Below, piece by piece: positions 38,901 to 64,000 of a DNA stretch of 64,000 nucleotides. How positions within the stretch are numbered: position 1 is the stretch's first letter; the number at the start of each line of letters is the position of its first letter. The DNA is from the human T2T-CHM13v2.0 reference genome, Homo sapiens, in assembly GCF_009914755.1 (NCBI RefSeq), contig NC_060929.1. The stretch is one strand, 5' to 3'. Below the pieces are notes generated by a model that saw only the letters and a program-made list of their open reading frames with translations, was not told the origin of the DNA and searched no databases. A program made the position numbers and the translations under genes.

Positions 38901-40229
38901 CGTGATGGCATTTGGAGACAGATCTTTGCCCCCAAATTACTAAACAGCCTGCTTGGACAACAGCCCCACCACTGATTCCCAAAATGTTTTGATCATAGGA
39001 TCCACAAATCAAAGATATTTAAAGATGCAGGATGTTTGGAAAGAGAATGGCATTTTCTGTCCTGTAGCTCCTCTCTACTAGGTAGTTGATAAACACCAGA
39101 AGTGAAATGAAGTCAGTCTTGTCTCATGAGATGGAGGGAAAGAAGGCGGTAACTACAGCTGTCATCCTGGGAACCATGTCTGGGAGAAAAAGACTGTGAA
39201 TGTAAACAGTAAACAAATGCTTTTCATAGAAATAGGCCAGGCTGAGTTTGGTATCATAAGGGGATATAATAAACTCTAAATAATATAGACATATCTTTAA
39301 ATACATACAAAATAATATTTTCAGAGTTTGCACTCTTACACTGTTTTGTAACTCTCAATTCAACTTTGCAGGTGAATTGCAAGGGCCTCATCTCGTCCCC
39401 AGCTGCTAATCTGGCCATTGAATGCTAACCTGTAGGCCTCCGTGGCTCCTTTTGCTGAGATGTTAATGGAGTTGAGAGGATACGGGACCCACCCACAGTT
39501 AATCCAGGATCTTCAGTCAAACCCAAGGCCCCTGGGTGCAGCTGCAGGACTCACAGACAGGTTGGCCTTTGGGGAAAGAGGCCTGTGTCAGGTCTTAAGG
39601 AAGAAAAAGAGTTCTCAGAGCGGGCCACAAACAAAAGAAACAAGAAAGGGAAAGTGATGGGGTTCGGAATCGAAGTGAATTTAAGGCTTATCTGGGCCCT
39701 CACCCTCTCTGAGCCTGCATTGCTGGGTGTAATTGCCAGCCTCCCTCTTATCTAGAGTGAAGGAAAGATGGTCTAAGAGCAGCAAAGTCACCAAACTGCC
39801 TTTCTGCCTCCTCACGTCCCTAAATTTCCCAGCGGCGCACCTGGCACGTAGTAGCGCTTCCCTTGAGCCTCTGTTCCTGCTAATCTCTGTCACACTTAGG
39901 GATGGTGTCGTTGAAGAGAATGGTGAGTCCATTGCACTGTTTCCTGGGACATCAAGGTCGCTTACCTGCTCTCCCCTTTTGCCTTCTTCATCGTCTTCTG
40001 TTTCCCAGAGGTTTGGCCAAGTGCTTGTTGCTCTGCCCTCCAGAGGGTGGGTGCTTCCTGATTTTACTGGATTTTCATTCCGGAATCAGACTTATAGCGT
40101 GAGCTTCCCTCCTTATCAAAACTATATATATATATATATATAACTTTAAAAAGTCAAATATGTCTACAAGGCTTATAACTAGGGACAGTACTCACTCACC
40201 TTACCTCTTACCAACTTCCAGTTCTTTGT

Positions 40230-41475
<1,246 letters not shown>

Positions 41476-41571
41476 TAGAGTTTAAAAAAAAAAAAAATTC
41501 CTTCCTTCTCCTCTGGGACACCCAGTTAATTGGAAGGAGACCCGCATGGATTGACTCTCGAATTTTCTTAC

Positions 41572-42561
<990 letters not shown>

Positions 42562-43816
42562 TTACCCTTTTTCTTATACTTTCTATCTCCTTTTAAAAAA
42601 AACATTTCTACTTCCTGGGAAATTTCCTCATTTTTGTCTTCCAACCCATATGTTCAGTTTTTATGTCTGTCATCATATTTGTAATTCCCAAGAAAGCCTT
42701 AAAAATATCTGAAATTTTCTTTTTATAACCTCCTGTTACTGTTTCTTGGATGAAAAGCTTCTCAATTCTCTGTAGATCTCAATTACAGCTATCTTTGAAG
42801 CATTTCTCTACTCCCTGCACTCTTTGTTTCCTCTGATTGCTAGTTTTTTGTTTGTTTGTTTGCTTTTGGTTTTTAATCACTTCCACATTAAAGGCTTTCT
42901 TCAAATGTCTGATGATCCTTGACTGATCACTCACTAAAAAGCTAACTGGAAGGTCTACATAGATGAAATATACCCAAGAATAGTTCCTTCTTACTAAGAA
43001 GGAGGCATAGAACAATGTCTCAGAATCTAGAACAATGCCTGGCACACACTAACCTTTCCATACATGTAATATTTGCTGAGTAACTGAATGACATACACTC
43101 TTGCTGGGGCCCCGGGTAGTTGCCAGTATTAAAAGCTCTCAGGTGATTGAAATCTGCGGCTAGCACAGAGGACCTCTGCTGTAGGATTAGCTCATTGGTG
43201 GTTTCATTGGAGGATTCACACCTGATAGTGGAAAGTCTTTGTTCTCTGGAGAAACTGGGTGAAGAGAAATCCCCTACACTGAGGGGAGTTGGTTGGCTGC
43301 AGTGTTCTGGGAACCAGATGAGAAGGAGACTTGAAGTCTTAACTATTTGGTATGATGACTGTCTTATTCACCTGTTTTTTCGCCCCTGCCTCAGCTATAC
43401 CTGGTGTCACTGAGTCCAGAGTTGCCGAGACACAGCAGAGCACACAGATTGCAGAATTTCAGCCTTCACTTGGTACCTAGGGCCAAGGTGATTTAGGGTC
43501 CCTTCCGCCTCAGTGCATGTTGCCCCCAATTCCAGAGGCGCTCTAGGGCATAAATCCCAAACTGGCTTTCCACACTGCTGTGCTAGGTTTTCACTTTCTC
43601 CCACCTGCTAAGTTACCACTAGTTTGTCTACATTCCAGCTTCCAAAATTGTGTTGCAATCATTGTTTCTCCTGTTCTCTGTATCTTTGAGAGGCTAGCAA
43701 TCCTCCCTTTACCCTCACTCATGTCAGACCATTGTGTTTACTGGCAAATGAGTCTCCCTGCCTGATGTCCCAACTTTGCCCCAGAACCCTCCTCTCAGTT
43801 TCTCCTTCTGTTGCAG

Positions 43817-43841
43817 GTGCCCACTCGGGGCCACATTTCAG
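43817..43841 (+). other. Candidate 25-nt microexon
   Basis: Pyrimidine tract ccctcctctcagtttctccttctgttgcag | exon | CAG-GTAGGC. Confidence 0.4.
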
Positions 43842-44099
43842 GTAGGCTACATCGAACTTTCATCTCAGCAGTAGTCATTAAAAACCAGCCACTGAAGAAT
43901 GGTGGCTGTTGGTCATTCCTGTTGGCATGGTAGCGTCTTCTTCATTGGATCATTATGCTGCTGCTTCTGTACGGAGTATTGGGCAGAAGGCATTTCTGAA
44001 CATATTTGATGCTATGACTTATCAGGGTTCTGTCTGTGTGGATAACTGTACAGCACATTAACTTTGAAATATGTCCATTTCCTTCTTTGGCCCTCAGTA

Positions 44100-44545
44100 G
44101 CAGCCCATTGCGTGGTGGTGTGGTCAGGTGGACATGGAAGCATTGTTCTCTGAGATGATTAGCCCATTCAGGTCACATATCTCCATTCCATGCCCCAGAG
44201 ACAAGCATAGGAAAGAGCTCGCTATCAAAGGCTAAGCAATAAAGAGTAAAGGAAAGTCTGTCGTGGAGTTTCTAGGGAAGGTATGCCCACTACCAAGAAA
44301 AAGACGCAAAATAGATGGCCCTTTTGCTTTCTCCCTGTGTTGCTGTGTAAACTGGCATAGGCATCTTGTCTCCAGCCTTAGGATGCAGCCACTGTGCAGG
44401 AGAGAGTAAGTAGCAGGTCCCAGAGAAGCACAGCTCAGAGCCCCACCCTTCCTCTGCACTTCCTGGCATGTGAGATGATTAATTTTCTCCCTGTTTAAGC
44501 CACTTTGAGTCAGGGTTTGATATCATTTGCTGCCAAAGTGATACA
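44100..44545 (+). mobile_element. Old MLT1 (J/K/L-like) LTR
   Basis: tgtgagatga...tgtttaagccactttgagtcagggtt...ttgctgccaaag. Confidence 0.55.
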
Positions 44546-45296
44546 GGTGGAGATTTATTTATGCATCGCTTATCTCCAAAAAGAGTTGAGGCAGACCGTG
44601 GGCTCACTCAGATTTGAGCTGCCCGATTCCTCTTCTGATTCTCATTCTGATTCCAAGTAGAATTCCTCTCTACTCTATTTTCTAGGCAGATGAAAGTAAT
44701 TTTATTCTTTCTTCCAACTTCAAAGGAAGGAATAACTATTGAGACATTTGGGGAAAAGGGGGAGTTCCTTGCTTTGGAGATTGCCGGCTGAACCCAGGGA
44801 GCAAACATCCTGGGCTGTCACTGAAGTGAGGACTGCTTTTAAATGACACAGCACTGAAGACACTTCATGCTTCTGCTTGTGAAAAGCCAAGCACTAGTTT
44901 TCACTCCCTCCTAGGACTGTGGAGGCTGAAAGGTCTGCCTGCAGACTTGGTATGGTTTCTTCCGTCTTCCACCCTTTGTGCCTCCCAGACTTTGGGAAGT
45001 TTTGAAGATGAAACAAGCTCCGGAAGTGCTTGGTGGTGTCAGGAAGACCAGAATACAGGAGAAAGTACCCTGTTTGTTCCTGTATTTTCCGGTCTGACTC
45101 AAGTAGCAATGATGTACTCTATTTTTATGAATGGAAGGCCTTCAAAGCCTGTTCTATACTATATAAATGTATGCCTTATACTATATAGTTCATCATTATA
45201 TCCTGAACACCCTACACCATCTGTGATATACAATTGGTATTCAAACATTATTGTGAATGAACAACACAAGGATTGCTCATGTTAATAGACTCAATG

Positions 45297-46392
<1,096 letters not shown>

Positions 46393-47199
46393 CATGAGAC
46401 CTTTTTTTTGACTGTTCTGTTTCTTCTCCATCTTCTTGACCCCTAACCTTCTCAGAGGCCCTAATCATCCCAGTTCCAGATTGCCATTGCCAGCAGCCGA
46501 ACTCAGCACAAAAGTAGATGGCATTTTGGAAGCACTGATATTTTTGTAGCTTTTCCCAGGGGTTCCTGTTAAGCATTAGTTGGCAGGGAATTGCCACTTG
46601 AAATGTGCATCCCTGAAGTGGTGCCTGCCTAGCGTGGTTTTCCAGGTGGTTTCTTCTCACATGTCTTATTACACTTTTGAATCTAGAGATTATATACCTG
46701 TCTCTTCGATTTGTTAGGACTTTCTGCTGACCTCTGAGATGCTTGTTTTAATTGCCAACTGATAGAAAATGTAAGTGGAAAAATGCATTAGGGTGCAAAG
46801 TTTGGAGTTGGTTTTATCTCTGGAAATTGGTGAGCTTGTGGGGATAGGGGATGACGGAAAACTGTTAGAGACAATTTTGTCTGGTTAGTGGGCTGTTGTC
46901 TTAACAGTTTCACTTGTCAGTCCCTCTGTAAGTATACCATTCCTTAGACAATATAAGCATTCCGTGGAAGTTTACACATAAAGAAATTTCTGTTTTTGTA
47001 ACTTACATCTGAGATATGCTAGAAGACCTTGATGTTTCCATTTAGATTAATCCTATGGTGAAGACCTTTTGTAGAACAAATAATTTTTTAAAAAAAGTCA
47101 TAAGACATTTGTCCCAAATACATAACAGATATATATATGCATGTGAGCGTAACTTACAGTTGTGTATGTGTTGTCATTTCTTCCCCCGCCCCCAATTCA

Positions 47200-47637
47200 T
47201 TCTCTTTCTTCCTCTGTACTAAGAGGATTGTGTCTGTGAACTGCAGCATCTGGACTCCTTGCTTTTTCTGTTTCTGGTTGGGTTCAGCCAATGGGAGGCA
47301 CTGGCAGGGGATCAGAGGAGGAGGAAAGAGCATCTGGGTATTTATCTCCCTAGCAGTCCCCCTAACCTTGCTGGGCTTCTGACGATGGCTGATTTCTTCT
47401 AAGCGCTTGAGGCACTTTCCTAGCTCCAGCTCCTGCATAGTCTGATAATGCTGCTTCCTTCCCATGCTCTTCAGACCTAGAGGTCCTAGCAGTTTCCCTT
47501 CTGTTGTTGCTAGCCCCAGGGTGCTGCACTCTGCCTGTCTCCGGTCTGCACCTCTGTAAACAGTCCCTGCCTAAAACAGTCTCCAGCGAAACCTTTTTTA
47601 GTGTGCCTTCTGTTTCCTGCTGGACTCTGACTGATAG
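47200..47637. mobile_element. LTR33-like ERVL LTR
   Basis: ttctggttgggttcagccaatgggaggcactggcagg...tctgtttcctgctggactctgactgata. Confidence 0.65.
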
Positions 47638-49499
<1,862 letters not shown>

Positions 49500-49563
49500 T
49501 CAGGATGGCAACTCTTGAAGTAGAATAATAACATACATATCAAAGCCCTGTGTGTGTTTCCTG

Positions 49564-49922
49564 TTAGTGCTGTTGGCAGTGCCTTCTAGTAGTGCTGCAG
49601 CTGAGCTCAGACTCTTAATTCCTGCTGTCGGCCCGGGCATCTGAGGGCAGAGAGAGGGTGGGTATGACCCCCTGCAGAAGGTGGTGATGGCGTCTGGGAG
49701 GATTCGTGCCCTCACAGCTGCTTAGGAGCCTCCCCGACGATACTCTCCCACCACCCTTAAAGGCATCATACCACAAGTGTGCAAATTATTTTTTAAAAAA
49801 GAAGAGAAAGGGAAGACAGAAAGCTGCTGACCCTGCCAGCTGACCTCATGTTGGCCATGCTGTCCTGTGGGAGAGGCACCTGTTTCTGTTGCTGTGTTCT
49901 TGGGACCCAACGTTTTGGATTC
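49564..49922 (+). repeat. Direct repeat copy 1 (~359 bp)
   Basis: ~95% identical to 52967-53323. Confidence 0.95.
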
Positions 49923-51364
49923 TAGTCTGTATGCGGGTATCATATCTGTGACTATTAGTGAATTTTCATAACTTTGATTTGTGTCCTTATCAGTGTCAGT
50001 TCATTCGTGCAGTAAGCAATTACTGAGTGCCAGTTACAGGCAACACACTGCTAGCAATTAGCTGTCATGTTTTTCAGAGTCAGGGGTTCCTTAAGGAACT
50101 GAAATAATAGAATTTTCTAGCTAGAAGGGATCTCAGAGCATGTCTAATCCAGCTTCATCCTTCGAAGGTGAAGTTCAGCCCAAAAGGTTCAGGGCTTTGT
50201 CTGGAGCACAGTAAATGCCGTGGATGGTAGCAGACCTCCATGCCTTGACTCTGCCTGGAGTTCTTTCCTCATTTTGCTCTGGTTACACCACCTGGTCATT
50301 TCCTGGGTGCTTTCTGGTGCAACTAACCTCCACCAGGTATCCTTTAAAAAGCTTCTCTGCTGCTCTTTATTGCTTCCCTCTGGCTGCAAATGCAAACCAG
50401 AAAGTCATGCTCTTGAGCTCATAAAAAAACCTAATGGGATGCAGACAGCAGATTCCAACCTAGACTTCAGCGCAGCCCCAGTGTATACAGTTGGGGGCTA
50501 TCCAGACCAGCCCACTGCTGCTCTGGAGCATCTCTCCACCTTTAAACTTCAGAGCAGCATTTTATGTGGGTATATGAGGTGCTGGGGTTGGGCTGGGTGA
50601 GTTAGTTAAAAGTTGTGTGGTTTTTGGAGCCAGAGCCTCAGCCTCATCTGCAGAAGAAGTGGTTTCCTTCAGGCCAGGTGAGGGCTGCTGGCAGAGCCTT
50701 TCTCTGGGAGGCCTTTGCTGCTACACGGAGATCGGTGCTGCTTCTGGTTTGGCCCTTCACGGGTCTATATTTAGTTCAAGGACCAGGGTATCAGGTGTTC
50801 CCTACAAAATCAAAATATTTTGGCTCCACTAAATCTACAGCTTCAAGTTGGATTCAGATGGACAAGAAAAAGCCTTTCCTTAATGAAGAGACGCAAAGCA
50901 AATTAGACTGCCTGAGAGCAAGCTGAGGTCTGTGTGTGATGAGGTGAATCCTAGTTACTGAGTGTTCCGCCCTCCACGTGTTATATTCTTCTACATATGT
51001 GTGTCAGCCAGAGTCCTGATAAATCCCTACCCGTAACTATCAGACAAAGGTTCAGGAAGATTAGGGAAAGGAAGGCAGCAGGTGTGGGGTGGGGCGGGGA
51101 GGGGCGGGGCAGAGCAGGGCAGGGGGAGCTGGTGACCTTTACTGAGTGCCTGCTATTTGTCAGGATTTGTGCTGGGAGTTTTAACTGGGGGATCTCACAC
51201 CTAGATAACTGAGGGTTATCATTTTGCAGATCTGGGCCTGAGGCTCAGAAGGGCCTTGACATACCCTGTGTTGCATAGGTAAGTGGTATGTCACATGGTC
51301 ACCTCTGTCTGACCCCACACACAAACCATCTCAGTGAAGGAATATTGTTCTAAAAGCAGCTGTT

Positions 51365-52790
<1,426 letters not shown>

Positions 52791-52966
52791 AGAAATGTAT
52801 TGACTGCGATGAGCACCTTTTATAGCTTGGAATATTGTCCATTGTCCTTTCCACTTCAGTCACTGAAATAGGTAGTGACGGGGACTCCCTTGAAGATCCC
52901 AAGGTATTACGCCTTTCTTCAGGATGTTCCAGAAAATTCTCCGTCTCTTACAGCCCTCTCTGGCTC

Positions 52967-53323
52967 TTATTGCTATTGGCAGTGCCTTCTAGCAGTGCTG
53001 CAGCCGAGCTCACAGTCTTAATTCCTGCTGTCGGCTCGGGCATCTGAGGGCAGAGAGAGGGGTGGGTCTGACCCCCTGTAGAAGGTGGTGATGGCGTCTG
53101 GGAGGATTCGTGCCCTCACAGCTGCTCAGGAGCCTCTCCGGCGATACTCTCCCACCACCCTTAAAGGCATCATACCACAAGTGTGCAAATTATTTTTTAA
53201 AAAAGAAGAGAAAGGGAAGACAGAAAGCCACTGACCCTGCCAGCTGACCTCATCATGTTGGCCATGCTGTCCTGTGGGAGAGGCACCTGTTTCTGTGTTC
53301 TTGGGACCCAACACTTTGGATTC
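52967..53323 (+). repeat. Direct repeat copy 2 (~357 bp)
   Basis: ~95% identical to 49564-49922. Confidence 0.95.
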
Positions 53324-53787
53324 CTCCGGAGTTCCCTAGCTCTAGCTTGGGGAATTCTACTCAGGACTTAGTACCATACCGTCTGAGTCACCTGCTGAGG
53401 GAAAAGGGCATTTGAGAGAAAATGTGGAAAATAAGTTATATAGCTTACCACATATGCCCACATATAAGGTGGAGAGTCCACCCCGGCCCCTGCAAAAAGT
53501 TATCAGAAATGAGACAGTTGCCTTATATTTAAGTCTCTATAAATTCTCTCACACTGTGGGAGCGTCTTGCAATTATTTTGTTTTGAATGAAGTATTATTT
53601 AGAGAACACACATTACCTTGAAATGACCTCAGTCAGTGCTGGTTTGGATGCTTTAGAGGTCAGCTAAGGAAATCATATTTTTAAAAAGGAAGAGGGTGGT
53701 TTAAAAAATCTAGTAATATCCCAGAGCATCTGACCTCACAGTAGCAAGTGTCAGGTTTCTTTGTAAACAAGTCTTTTTTAAAGATCA

Positions 53788-55206
<1,419 letters not shown>

Positions 55207-55343
55207 TAAAATGACTCAAATATATTTTCTTTGAAATCAAGGGATCTACACTAGGAAAAGGGGGTACCAACTTATCTTTGGGAGTCACTTCATATCAGGG
55301 CATGTGTGGTATTTGGAGTTGTGTTGAGCAGATTAAGGTGAGT

Positions 55344-55344
<1 letters not shown>

Positions 55345-55388
<44 letters not shown>
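55345..55388 (+). repeat. (GT)22 microsatellite
   Basis: Perfect dinucleotide run. Confidence 0.97.
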
Positions 55389-55390
<2 letters not shown>

Positions 55391-55917
55391 CCAGCCCACC
55401 TGAGGCTGCTGACAACTTGTGGGCAAAGCAGAGAGCCCAGCCATAGAAGGTGGTAGGGCAGTCTAGAGAGTGCTCCATCTCAGGGTCGGTCAACTTGAGG
55501 TTTTGGTGAAACAAACACGGAGAATTTCCCTGGGGAAAAATCATGGGTACAGGAAGGACACAGGTCACTTCTCTAGCTCTTCTTCATCTGCCTCCATGGG
55601 AGTGTGGACATGCATTCCCTAGAAAGCGTCTTGCCAATAAGTAGTCACAGGCAGACAGGGAGATTGCCACTAGGAAACACACATCCAACAAGAGGCCACC
55701 TGGCTGAAGAAGTTTATCTTTTCATGAGATACACTTTCCTTGAAAACAAACACAATATATATGTTTAGACCCACTGTGTCTATGTTAACTGGCCTGTCAT
55801 TGCTCCTTCCTCCCCCAAGGCAGGCTTTTCTGCCCTTTTCATTGTTACGAACATTGTATTTATTGTAGCCATTTAGTTGTGGAGAAACCATGGCTGCCCC
55901 CAAACTTGAAACATCGG

Positions 55918-57545
<1,628 letters not shown>

Positions 57546-57614
57546 GGTGAGATCAGTAACCATTTATTTGTCTGCCCTGTTTATGTTACGTGTTTTGAAG
57601 CAAGGATGGGATTA

Positions 57615-61248
<3,634 letters not shown>

Positions 61249-61775
61249 TAGGTCTAGTCCTAGTATTTTCATAGAGTGATAAATCAGAATGCAGAGATTT
61301 GAAGTGGTTTGCATTTTATTTTTTGAGACAAGGAGAAAAATACCATGACTGTAATTGATAAGCTCAACAAGCACCCTAGCACCTCACATGCTCAGATTGC
61401 TTATGGTTGGTGGTAACTGAAATGTGTGACAGATAGCAGAGCAAGCCTGGGAGCGCTATCCTGGGCCACTTCATCCACTGGAGATGCCCTCTGCTCCATG
61501 CCTTCCCCAGGGGCTTTTTTCTTGGTCCCTGACAACTGGATCCATCCCTTCCCAGTGCTCCCATCAACCAGCCTATTTTACTAGAATGTGCCTTTAAAAG
61601 CACTATTCTCTTTTTCTGAACTTCAGAAGAACATAGACAAGCCCAAGACCATGAATGGCATAGCTTGCTCTGAAGTTTCTGGGCCTCTTGCTTAGAGGGA
61701 CCACAAATGAAGGATACCTGGAGAAGAGCATGGACACGTACAGGTCCTTTTCTTTGGTGGTCAGATGACCTCGGC

Positions 61776-62081
<306 letters not shown>

Positions 62082-62326
62082 GACCTCGGCTTATTTTGCA
62101 ATTTGTTAGAAAATGGCTAACCCAGTGTTTAAATATCTGTTATTGTCTACCCTTCCTCCATTAGCTAACTAACTGCATAGACACGGCACTGTCCAACCAT
62201 GTAGGTGGATCAGCAGTTGGACCAGGACATTGATATGGTCATTCACTGGGGGTGGCCACCCGTTTATATTCTAATTACTGTCAGTGGTGGAATGCTTAAA
62301 TGGATGTTAAGAATGGACGTTTCTCG

Positions 62327-62721
<395 letters not shown>

Positions 62722-63002
62722 TTATTCTGATAGCTGTTTGCTGAGTCTCCTTTTAGCAGGATTTGCAGAGCATCTAGCATTCTTATGAATGGTCAAATCG
62801 GTTTCAGCAAGAGGCAAACTCAGTTTGTCCGCTGGTTGGTGTTTCGTGCCTACATTTCTATTGCCTTGTCCTTCCTTTTTCTTTCCTGTGCAGCAGCCTT
62901 CAGAGATTTATAAGGATTGGAGAATTTTTTCCCTTCCAAGGCAGATTTTAAAACGTTTTCTTCTTAGCTTTTCTCATTATCTTCAGGGTCTTTGTTAGAT
63001 AG

Positions 63003-63443
<441 letters not shown>

Positions 63444-64000
63444 AATACCTGCCTTTAAAAGACGAGAGCAATGATGGACATTTTGTTTTATGCTTTATAT
63501 GAAACTCCATTAAGATTTTTCAAATTTGGCTAATTTGAAGACACAGATGATTAAATTATTATTCAAATCCTTGAGGGCATATCAAGATTCCATGCCACGT
63601 GGATTGCCCATGTCTCAACATTCTGCTGTATATAGGGCATTTCATCGCTGCTTCAATAGTCCTCTGTATGAATGGATAGAAGTAAGCTCGTTCAAAATTC
63701 TATGAACAGAATGTTTTCTCTTTCTTGCTTTTCCAGAGTTGGCTTTAGCTTTTATCCTCATTTGCAGAGATCAAAATCTGATCTGCAGGAACCCTATTTT
63801 GATTGGCTGTTGGGCATTCATAGCTCTGTACTAAATACCAATGTATGAAATAGTTATTGTTCCCTGGAGTGGTGGGTCTGGGCCAGAACACATTCTTTTT
63901 GATTTCAAGGGGGCCAAATGGAAGCTGTAAATATCCTGGCAGCCAAGTCGGGTAAACATGAGCTCTTATAACCTCAGACACAGAGTAGAAAGGTAGCTTT

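Noticed and set aside
49738-49825. Identical ~88-bp core as proof of gene conversion
   Set aside because: At ~5% divergence over 358 bp such a run is not clearly improbable; outgroups are needed.

Overview
Human/primate-type intronic DNA with no intact multi-exon CDS visible. Roughly 30% is Alu (about 65 elements by eye), plus L1, MIR, L3/CR1, solo LTRs (THE1, LTR8, MLT2, LTR33) and DNA transposons. It holds three ribosomal-protein processed pseudogenes (RPL9 -, RPL21 -, RPL5 +), two U6 and one U13 retrocopies, and a CpG-island promoter at ~37.5-38.9 kb. From memory, the RPL9P-RPL21P-RPL5P-CpG island order fits the large second intron and internal promoter of PDZD2 (chr5p13, + strand); this is unverified. 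Best leads: (1) a CpG-island first exon plus a 25-nt microexon that would act as a reading-frame switch; (2) a very old diverged local duplication (~14-16 kb vs ~27-28 kb); (3) a ~358-bp, ~95% identical duplication of apparently non-TE sequence around a strong G4; (4) a consensus splice donor followed by (GT)22, resembling a TDP-43-repressed cryptic exon; (5) unusual composite, inverted and fold-back Alu structures. Almost all ORFs in the track are Alu or low-complexity artefacts. Repeat family names are by-eye calls and no new system is proven.
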